A stretch of 64,000 bases of DNA from the IMG/VR virus record IMGVR_UViG_3300021368_000002, one strand, 5' to 3'. Every line of letters starts with the position of its first letter. Positions within the stretch are counted from its first letter, which is position 1. The translations under genes and the position numbers were made by a program. The stretch comes from a virus (Duplodnaviria > Caudoviricetes). Shown here in pieces: positions 46,801-53,522 of the stretch. The notes beneath the pieces were generated by a model. That model had not been told where the DNA came from, did no database searches, and worked only from the letters and a program-made list of their open reading frames with translations.

Positions 46801-47211
46801 TTGCCCTGTAGTATTGTCATAGGTGATGCCAGTGCCGCCGCTTAGGCTTGTAAGAGTGATGTAACCAGTTGAATTATTAAAACTAAATGTTCCGTTTGTG
46901 CTTTCGTAGCTTATATCGCCTGTAGCACTGAACAACCCACGGACTTGTGCGTCTGTTCTTTGTGTAAAACTAAAAACACCTGTTGACGAGTTATATGTTA
47001 AATCGCCTCCAGCACTTAAACTACCTAATGTTATGTAGTTTGCATCGTTAGTTAATGAGCTTACATTGTCAGCATCTGTTAAAACAGTATCTGTACCAAT
47101 GTTTATTGTAAATCCTGAAGCGAATGCAGCGGTATCATTATCAATATCAATTGAGAAATCGCCCGGCCCTACCTGCAGACCTTTTTTGATTTTAAAATCA
47201 CTAGTTGCCAT
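40843..47211 (-). CDS. Long repetitive tail fibre (~2122 aa)
   Basis: About 12 FTERTDAEVRGLIS..GD.SY units, 5 ETDTL..VTGRG.TTT units, TDDLSEG.TNLY(F/Y)T units and GNVT runs. ATG 47211 preferred; an in-frame GTG lies at 47220. Confidence 0.75.
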   Translation of the reverse strand: MATSDFKIKKGLQVGPGDFSIDIDNDTAAFASGFTINIGTDTVLTDADNVSSLTNDANYITLGSLSAGGDLTYNSSTGVFSFTQRTDAQVRGLFSATGDISYESTNGTFSFNNSTGYITLTSLSGGTGITYDNTTGQISIGQGIETTDSPTFVNVTATGTVLTDTITATGTGTTVTIDDSLIVEGDLTVNGTTTTLNSTTLTVDDLNIVVASGAANAAAADGAGLTVDGANATFTYDSTNDRWTANKDLATNLVGNVTGNVTGNVTGDLTGNVTGNVTGDITSSGTSTFATVDINGGTIDGTIIGGTSAAAITGTTVTASTGFTGNLTGDVTGTVSDISNHDTDALSEGSTNLYYTDARVDARIQSNTGSNLDLSGVTTDDLAEGTNNLYYTQARFNTAFAAKSTTDLSEGTNLYYTDARVRAAVSATGDLSYDSATGIFSFTERTDAEVRGLISATGDISYNSTTGVISYTAPVDLGDLTNNAGYIKLADLSASGDISYDNSSGVISFTERTDAEVRGLVSAGGDLAYNSTTGVFSITKYTDTEADARIAAASIADLTDVNYTTTPANGQFLVWDNANQYWEPADPYVSNSFDTDFASKTTDDLSEGSTNLYFTNTRARAAISVAGDLSYNSSTGVISYSTPTTLSSFTNDTNFITLASLSATGSLSYNNTNGTFSFTERTDSEVRGLISASGSISYNNSTGVISFTERTDSEVRGLISATGDISYDNSTGVISFANNSGYLTNYTETDTLDSVTGRGATTTNNITVGDMTVSGNLTVSGTTTTINTATLNVADNQIVLNSDVTGAPSENAGFIVERGTSTNVDIRWNETSDKWEFTNDGSTYYVLANAVSQLSNDSNFISRSGISATGDISYDTNTGIITFNNNTGYITRAGISGTGDISYDSATGQISFNNTSNYLTSYTETDTLDTVTGRGATTTNSAEFGGLTVGGTDVALVGANLSTFTNDSNFITRAGISATGDISYDSSTGVISFSNGAGYLTAETDTLATVTGRGATTTDNVTFSGNMTVGNEIFTNGTILQTEVGTNKTNVGMYNGYIQLNYINQLYSDGDLWLANQQTNTSGGDTKKIATANALGTDVAGNNLSIEAGSSTGTGAGGNIIFKTGSTGSTGSTTNALSERLKISGSNGAVTINAAYSLPSSDGTSGQAMVTDGSGAVTFGKVAYTEVSGTPTLATVATTGDYTDLINTPTQRTDANIRSLFSAAGSLSYNSTSGQFSYTERTDAEIRGLISASGDISYNSTTGVISFTAGAQAVSSVNTKTGAVVLGTGDISESGSNLYFTTARARGAISAGGDLSYDSATGVVSFTERTDAEVRGLISAGGDLTYNASTGVMSYTKRSDSEIRGLISGTGDISYNNTTGVISFNNTTGYLTSYSETDTLDSVTGRGNTTTNDITVNNMTVSGNLTVSGTTTTINTTTLDVADNEITLNSDVTGNPTEDAGIAVRRGVENTVKIQWDESNTQWTFTNNGTDYKVFAVDTSDLTNNANFITLTDLSAGGDLTYDNASGTYSFTERTDAEVRALFAAGGDLSYDNATGTFSFTERTDAEVRGLISASGDLSYDSATGTISFTERTDAEVRGLVSGVGDISYNSTTGEISFNNTSGYLTSANINETDTLDSVTGRGNTTTNNITVNDMTVNGNLTVSGTTTTVNSTTLNVGDNLITLNSDVGSATAPTENAGIEINRGNQTDVALRWNETNGEWEFTNDGSAYQKIATDLGDLNDDIGVITLTAISGTGDISFDQSTGVISFNNTSGYLTSASLTDTFGDVAARGGTSNSAITINSTLTMQNEIFSQGVALKYANQANVPQIELNANSIVLANTTDIFADGNIYLNETATTTTGSVNRTIKTPNSSGTNVSGSNLTIEAGTSTGNAASGDIIFKTGDQGSANNNVLNLSSERIKISGIDGSIRINNAYNLPTADGNVGEALITDGSGNTSFGQLSYTSLSNIPSFANVAFSGDYGDLLNVPTLLSSFTDDVGFYSAGDDMIGDLKGSVFGDDSVLLIDAVNSLIKTHQLEQVGANDAQALVWNDANNRWQPGTIDGANVSIILDQIGDIDTTGKQVGDYLQWDGSAWTPVAASSTGGITQQASEDQAFAAALIMG
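42380..45950 (-). repeat. ~25 aa ERTDAEVRGL-IS-GDISY-GVISF shaft repeats, 10+ copies in this span
   Basis: Recurrent DNA such as acgtacttctgcatcagtacg(c/t)tctgtaaaact. One further copy lies near 46940 and one in the next fibre near 57170-57200. Confidence 0.85.
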
Positions 47212-47254
47212 CTGGTTCACTCTCCCCTAAAGTGGCTTATATAATGTATTTATC
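47212..47254 (-). promoter_or_regulatory. Late promoter GATAAATA (47247-47254) plus conserved leader TTAGGGGAGAGTGAACC (47214-47230)
   Basis: Second copy of the element at 23509-23550. Confidence 0.8.
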
Positions 47255-47256
47255 GG

Positions 47257-50200
47257 TTACACAGTTATCATAGTCTTAGCTACCTTGTAAACTAAAGTGT
47301 TTGCTGTATTTGGAGTAGATAACAACTCTATATTGCCCCCCGATACTTGTGTACTAAACGCTGCCAAAGCTGCTGATCCTGTAAACAATATTGCGTATTC
47401 AGTTGATTTTACACCAGCATTATTTGAGCTATCATGTATAATTAACATTTCCTGTGCTTGGTATTCACCATTTGTGCTGTCCGTAACTTGTATTAAAACT
47501 TTTGCAGTTCTAAAATCTGCTACAGCCCATTCAGCAACTTTTGCTGTACTTGTTCCGCTTGCGCTTGTAGTTTCTGTATCCATTGCAACGTCTTGTACTT
47601 GTAATGGTGCTTTCGGAGTACTTGTTTGTATGCCTACCGAGTCTGCACTACCGTCTACAAATAAAGCGTGTGTCTGTGCATTAGATTCAACTCTAAAATC
47701 ATAGCTTGCGCCAGCTTCGTTTATAGTAACATCGCCTTCAATAATTGCACCTGCATCTGCTGTAAGTTGATTTTGTATATCAACTGTGCCTGTGCCTGCT
47801 GCTCTTAATTCTAAGTTACTATTAGATACAGTTGTAGTAATATAACTTGAATTTATTTCTATATCACTAACATTTAATTTTGTAAATCCGCTTTCGGTTA
47901 ATTCAGCTGCTAATACATTATTAGTATAAAATTTAAGTGTATCATTATCTGCACCTGGAGAATCTTCTGCTGTAATAAAAGTATCGCCGTCAACATCTCT
48001 TGCACTTTGCAAGTTTACCCATGAGTTTCCGGAATATCCTTCAAAACTGTTTATTGTTGAATTATATCTCATATATCCGTCAACAGGACTTGCAGGTCTT
48101 TGAACTGTAGTACCTACAGGTATTCTTATAGAGTCAGTTGCATTAATATCTACAGTAATTTGAGGACTTGTTGTATTAACACCTATTCTATGTTCAGTAC
48201 CGTCAACATATAAAGTATCAGTATCTACTATTAAATCATCTAGTTCTAATGCACCTAATGTAATACTGTTAGACCATTCAGGTATACTTCCATTACTTTT
48301 TAATACATAACCTGCAGGACCAATTGCTAATGTATTCAGGCTATCTGAATTTAAACTTAAATTACTTGCTGCATAGAGCATATCACCAGCTGTATACCCA
48401 GTTAAGTTTGTACCACCTTTAGTAATTGGCATTGCTCTAGTATTATTTTCTGGATTAAGATAGTAAGAACCTGCTTGTCCGTTTAGTGTACTTGCATCTA
48501 ATGCACCGCCGTCTGCTGTACTTGTAATACTAATTTCTCCGTCGGCTGTAATGCTAAATTGACTTTTGTTAAATGCAGCAACACCTAAGTTAGTATAAGT
48601 AACATCACCTGCTGTTGGATCTACAGGATCTACTTCAATGTTTACTTCCCCAAAGAACTTTTCTTCACCACCTTCTGTAACACTGTCACCTACAAGTGAA
48701 ATAGGATTTCCATCTGTAACTGTCATACTTCTAATTGTACGTTTAAAAGTACCGTCTCCGTATAAAGCTGTATTTTGGTTAGCTGTTCCTGTTCCTAAAC
48801 GTGTAGCACTAATAATGCCAGATACAATATTAGTTGCATCAATATTCAAACTATTCAAACTAGAATAATTATCTAAGTTCCTGCTTGATGTGTTTATTGT
48901 ACCTGTAATTTTTACATTCTGTTCTCTTAAACTTAGTGTACCTGTATTAACGGCTGTAATATCTACAGCTGATTGTGTAACGCCATTAACACTTTCTTGG
49001 GCATCATTTCTTAATGTGTGTAATGTAAAGGAATTTGTAGTTACACTACCTATAAAGAAAAAGTTTCCTGATGTAATACCAGTTGGCAAAGTATCACCTG
49101 TAATCTTTACTGGTGTGCCGGCTGTATATCCGTGTGCAGGCAAATAAATCCTATCACCGTTTACACTAATATTCCTTAACCTAAATACATGATTACCTGT
49201 ACTACTTGACCCAAAATCAACTTGGTTAGCTTCTGCCAGATCATAAGATGTGTAAACTTCAAAATTATCACTGTCTATTACTTTTGCAAAATAAACAACA
49301 CCGTTTTCTAAATTACCAATTTCGGTATTTCCGTTTGCATTGTATTCTATAGGGTCACCATTTGTTAATCCATGGCTAGTGTTTGTAATTATATCAGTAG
49401 TATAATCTATTTCATTATTTACAGCGTTTGCACTAAATGTAATTGTACTAAATGCAGCTTGGTTTACTGTTTGCGTTGTAGCATTATTATCTTGTATAAA
49501 TTCATTTGTTGTTGCACTTGCTTCAAACTTAACAAAATTGCCTGCTAAATCAACATATAGTCTATTTTCAACTTGTGAAATGTCTACAGTAAATGCACTT
49601 CCTCCCGAACGCCCGCCTAAATCTGAATCAGACGCACTTAAAGTATCTCCTGCTGTATAACCTGTTCCTCCTCTTACCAAATCAACTACAGTAACAGTGC
49701 CTGTACCATCAACAGTTATATCTGCTTTTGCACCACTTCCTGTACCTCCAGTAAGTGTAACATTTGTGTATATGCCTGCTGTACCATAACCACTTCCGCT
49801 AGGTAGTGTGTTTGTATTTGTAAATGTAGCAACACCTTCTCTATATTCAGTTATATCGCCTTCTGCTAGAGTGTTAGCTCCTTGAACTCTAGATCCTACT
49901 ACAAAATTATGAACTGTTGAATCTTCTGGATCTTCAACAATTAAAAATTGAGATTCTGAATCATCTGATAAGAAATAATTATCTTGTGTGCTAACACTAC
50001 CACTTGCAACAGTCGGATAAACGCTTAAAGCACCTGCTGTACTTGCTGTTAATGTATCTGCTGCATTAGTTGTAAATGTTCCTGTGCCTTTAACTAGTGT
50101 TACACTTGAATCTGCTGTCACTGCTGCTTTTACAATACCAGTTGCTCCACTGTTTGCCTGAGTTATTGTTTCACCTTTGGCAACAGTAATATTTCCGCTT

Positions 50201-53200
50201 AATGTAAGAACTTCTTGATTATAGGCTTCAATAACGTTATCGCCTGCTAAAACTTCATCAGCAGGAATATTTTCAAATAACGTAATTCTTTCTTCAAATT
50301 CATCTAGTGTATAGTTGTTGTTTGTTCTAATCGGAGGAATAAGATCAGGATTAATTTTACCACTAGAGTTAAGTTGCACAACTGCTCCTGGAACAGCACT
50401 TGATGTAACTTGTTTGTCAAGGAAGTCACCTAGCCTGTTATTCATAAATGAACGTTGTGCTAATTGTGTTGTTAAACGTCCATGACTTGCACCGCCAGGA
50501 TCGTTATCACCTAATGTAACATCAGTAGAAATTGCTTCAATAGTAACATCCGATAAACTTAACTGCAAACTATCTAGCTGTGCAATACTCACTTTGTTTG
50601 TAAATGTAACATTACCAGTTCTGTTTTGGGCAGTAATAAATTTACCAACTTTAAAATCACCTAGTTCGGTTGTACCTGATGTATAAACACGACCTGGTAG
50701 ATCTTCGTATTGCTCATACTCTGCATTTCCTTGTCCGCCATTTACTGGCATAGCATTATAATCTGTACCAGAACCTGCATATTCCCATGTGTGAGCAGAT
50801 GAATTAACAATTGAAGGTCTGTGCAAGAATATTTGGAAGCCCGGTAATAATGCAATATTATCAATACTACCGGCAGTTTTTGTGCTTCTCATTAATAATG
50901 TTGCACTATATAAGTCTGTTCTGTCTGTTACACTTGAAATTCCAATATCTGTAGTACCGTCAGCATCAACATCTATTGTGCTATCTGCTGTGAATTTTAC
51001 ATAACTTGTTACTCCAGAAACAACAACTTGGTTTATACTTACAACAAGTGTGTTAGTAGTATTGTCCCAACTATACACATATGCATTATTAGTATTTCCG
51101 CTAACAGTTCCAGTTATCTCTTGTCCGACTGTAAAGTTATAACTACCAGCATCTAAAACAATAGTTTGGTATGTTGCATGAGGTTTTTTAATTTCGTTAA
51201 TATAAAACTCTTCATCACCTGAAATAAATTTATGTGTTCCTGATGATGTAGATCCTAGTTCGGCTAAATTTGTTAATTCTTCATCTTCAAATAATTTAAA
51301 TTCATCAGTATTAATTAGACTAACATAGTAATAAGTTTCATCGTAAATTCCAAATATATCCGGATTTCCGTTACTATCATATCTAACTCTATCACCATTA
51401 GACAGTCCGTGTGCAGTAATTACAAACTTGTTATTTGCTGTGTCAACAGTTGTGCTATTTGCACTAAAAGTTTTTGTTGTTGTGCTTGATTTGAAATTGT
51501 CTGTAACATCAACATCACTAGAGTTAACAAATCTTGTAACAAAATGTTCTACAGGAGGTCTTTGAAATCCAATTACATCAAATGTTTGGAACACACCATC
51601 TACACCATTAGTTGCAATAATACCTCTATCAAATTCAAAAGCTGTAGTTCTAAAACCTCCTGCACGTAATGCATATGTACCAAAGTTTGTTGCAGAGTTT
51701 GTAATAGATAGATAGCCGCCCGATTGAGCATATGATCCATTTTTACAGAAAATTTGGAAGCAACTAACAATTTGCGAATATGCTTCATTCCTTACTCTAT
51801 AACCAGTTCCGTTAAATGATAGAATAGTAAATGCATTACCTACCATTGATGGGTTTTGTACTGGAGCATCACCTGCTACTGGATTTTCAGATTCAATTTG
51901 ATTTGCAGGTGTGTTAGGACTGAATATCTTGGCACCATCAACATCGCATCCATTGCCACCCAAGAAAGAAATGATAGAACAGTTTTGCACATATGGCGAT
52001 ACTGTAATAAGTGGTTTTTGTATTGGTAAGTCTGGATATTCGTGTCTACTTAATGTAAAATCTTCTACATCATCAAATGCAACAGCAAACGCATAAGTTC
52101 CGATAGGAACACCACTTGAATTTAGTTTATCTCTAAATGTAAATCCGCTCATATATGTAGCATTACGCAAACGGAAAATATCTTTTTGTAAATTTTGAGG
52201 GCGTATAACTACTGCACGTAAGGCATCTCCCATAATACAAACGTTATCAGGAATTATAATTGGATTGTCTTCCAAATATTCACCTGTACCAATTTTAATT
52301 GTAATTAGATTTACATTGTATTCACCGTATACGGTTGTACTAGCTTGTCCTACTCCTAAGTTTAGAATTGTTATTGTTTCGTCCCACAGATCGTCATGTG
52401 CTGTTTTTGAACTTGCGCCGTCGTCGTACGAATTATCAGTTACTTGTGTTACTGTGCTTTGGAAAGGAGCATTTGTGTTACCGTCTTGATCATCAGTTAG
52501 TGCTATATTCCTAATAATATCGCCAGCAATATGTTTTGCATATTCTAACGCTGCAACAGTTTGAGCTTTTTGGTTATTAATAACTTCTTCAGTTGATGTT
52601 GTACCTCTGTAGTAACTTTTACCTGCCTCGATAGATTTTGCATTTCCGCCATATTTTAAATCATAAATTACAGCTTCAACAATATAACCTGTGTCTCTTT
52701 CACAAGTTGTACTATCATATGTAAAATTTTCCCAAATACTTCCTGTAGTTGCATTAGTAATTTGGTAATCAATATATGCAATAACTTCTTTTTGTATAAA
52801 TGTTTTGTTTAAAGTTAAAAGTTGTATAACATCATTTTTTGTATCTGTAACTGCTGTTTTTGGAACATAAACATTTTCACTAGCAATTAGTGCAGCTTTC
52901 TTAATTGTTGCAACTGGTTTTAAAAATCCATCGTTGGTATCATCGCCTAAGACACTATCTACATAAATCATGTTTGATGTTATACCAGGATTATTAAATG
53001 ACAAGTTTCCACTACCGTCAGTTGTTAGAACTTGTCCTGCACTACCTGCGTTAGGAGGCAATTTAAAATTGTATGTGCTAGTGATACTATCTGGTACAGT
53101 AATTACAACACCATTGGTTCCGTTGGCGCTACCTTCCCTAATTGTTATAGTATTATTATCTTCAACAACTACAGGAACTTTTATATTCATTGCTGCTGCT

Positions 53201-53448
53201 GTTACCTCAGCAACGTTAGAACCATCTGCTTCAAATACAACTATTCCGTTAGCACCGCTTTCGTCAATGCTAACACTTGTATCTCCATCATGGATTTGTT
53301 TTGTTATTTCTCTTACTGTGCTGTCGGACTTTTTCATAAACAACTTGCCATCGGCTGTGTTTAATGCTAATTGTCCTTCGTCCATTTGTGCAGCAGTAGG
53401 TGCTCTACCTGCAACGCTAGAACGTAAATGTTTTATCTTACTTGCCAT
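47257..53448 (-). CDS. Large fibre/baseplate protein (2063 aa): Mtd-N-like start, helical C-x-RD domain, pectin-lyase-like beta-helix
   Basis: MASKIKHLRSSVAGRAPT..QMDEGQLALNTADGKLFMK (major-tropism-determinant N-terminal type); TCERDTGY..D.KYGGN; SPYVQNCSIIS; DVDGDTFITAEDSPGADNDTL.FY. Confidence 0.72.
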   Translation of the reverse strand: MASKIKHLRSSVAGRAPTAAQMDEGQLALNTADGKLFMKKSDSTVREITKQIHDGDTSVSIDESGANGIVVFEADGSNVAEVTAAAMNIKVPVVVEDNNTITIREGSANGTNGVVITVPDSITSTYNFKLPPNAGSAGQVLTTDGSGNLSFNNPGITSNMIYVDSVLGDDTNDGFLKPVATIKKAALIASENVYVPKTAVTDTKNDVIQLLTLNKTFIQKEVIAYIDYQITNATTGSIWENFTYDSTTCERDTGYIVEAVIYDLKYGGNAKSIEAGKSYYRGTTSTEEVINNQKAQTVAALEYAKHIAGDIIRNIALTDDQDGNTNAPFQSTVTQVTDNSYDDGASSKTAHDDLWDETITILNLGVGQASTTVYGEYNVNLITIKIGTGEYLEDNPIIIPDNVCIMGDALRAVVIRPQNLQKDIFRLRNATYMSGFTFRDKLNSSGVPIGTYAFAVAFDDVEDFTLSRHEYPDLPIQKPLITVSPYVQNCSIISFLGGNGCDVDGAKIFSPNTPANQIESENPVAGDAPVQNPSMVGNAFTILSFNGTGYRVRNEAYSQIVSCFQIFCKNGSYAQSGGYLSITNSATNFGTYALRAGGFRTTAFEFDRGIIATNGVDGVFQTFDVIGFQRPPVEHFVTRFVNSSDVDVTDNFKSSTTTKTFSANSTTVDTANNKFVITAHGLSNGDRVRYDSNGNPDIFGIYDETYYYVSLINTDEFKLFEDEELTNLAELGSTSSGTHKFISGDEEFYINEIKKPHATYQTIVLDAGSYNFTVGQEITGTVSGNTNNAYVYSWDNTTNTLVVSINQVVVSGVTSYVKFTADSTIDVDADGTTDIGISSVTDRTDLYSATLLMRSTKTAGSIDNIALLPGFQIFLHRPSIVNSSAHTWEYAGSGTDYNAMPVNGGQGNAEYEQYEDLPGRVYTSGTTELGDFKVGKFITAQNRTGNVTFTNKVSIAQLDSLQLSLSDVTIEAISTDVTLGDNDPGGASHGRLTTQLAQRSFMNNRLGDFLDKQVTSSAVPGAVVQLNSSGKINPDLIPPIRTNNNYTLDEFEERITLFENIPADEVLAGDNVIEAYNQEVLTLSGNITVAKGETITQANSGATGIVKAAVTADSSVTLVKGTGTFTTNAADTLTASTAGALSVYPTVASGSVSTQDNYFLSDDSESQFLIVEDPEDSTVHNFVVGSRVQGANTLAEGDITEYREGVATFTNTNTLPSGSGYGTAGIYTNVTLTGGTGSGAKADITVDGTGTVTVVDLVRGGTGYTAGDTLSASDSDLGGRSGGSAFTVDISQVENRLYVDLAGNFVKFEASATTNEFIQDNNATTQTVNQAAFSTITFSANAVNNEIDYTTDIITNTSHGLTNGDPIEYNANGNTEIGNLENGVVYFAKVIDSDNFEVYTSYDLAEANQVDFGSSSTGNHVFRLRNISVNGDRIYLPAHGYTAGTPVKITGDTLPTGITSGNFFFIGSVTTNSFTLHTLRNDAQESVNGVTQSAVDITAVNTGTLSLREQNVKITGTINTSSRNLDNYSSLNSLNIDATNIVSGIISATRLGTGTANQNTALYGDGTFKRTIRSMTVTDGNPISLVGDSVTEGGEEKFFGEVNIEVDPVDPTAGDVTYTNLGVAAFNKSQFSITADGEISITSTADGGALDASTLNGQAGSYYLNPENNTRAMPITKGGTNLTGYTAGDMLYAASNLSLNSDSLNTLAIGPAGYVLKSNGSIPEWSNSITLGALELDDLIVDTDTLYVDGTEHRIGVNTTSPQITVDINATDSIRIPVGTTVQRPASPVDGYMRYNSTINSFEGYSGNSWVNLQSARDVDGDTFITAEDSPGADNDTLKFYTNNVLAAELTESGFTKLNVSDIEINSSYITTTVSNSNLELRAAGTGTVDIQNQLTADAGAIIEGDVTINEAGASYDFRVESNAQTHALFVDGSADSVGIQTSTPKAPLQVQDVAMDTETTSASGTSTAKVAEWAVADFRTAKVLIQVTDSTNGEYQAQEMLIIHDSSNNAGVKSTEYAILFTGSAALAAFSTQVSGGNIELLSTPNTANTLVYKVAKTMITV

Positions 53449-53510
53449 TACAATTTCCTATATAGTGTGGGTCAGGTCCTAAGACGCCCGTTGGTCAAAA
53501 GTATTTTATG

Positions 53511-53518
53511 TATTTACC
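53511..53518 (-). promoter_or_regulatory. Late-promoter-like GGTAAATA ahead of a 63-nt GC-richer leader
   Basis: TAAATA core in the 53449-53522 intergenic region, SD-like AGGA before ATG 53448. Confidence 0.4.
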
Positions 53519-53522
53519 GCAT

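Noticed and set aside
47257-53448. Possible diversity-generating retroelement because of the Mtd-N-like start
   Set aside because: No reverse transcriptase or Avd gene, no C-terminal C-type lectin variable region, and I found no repeat pair differing only at adenines in the window.
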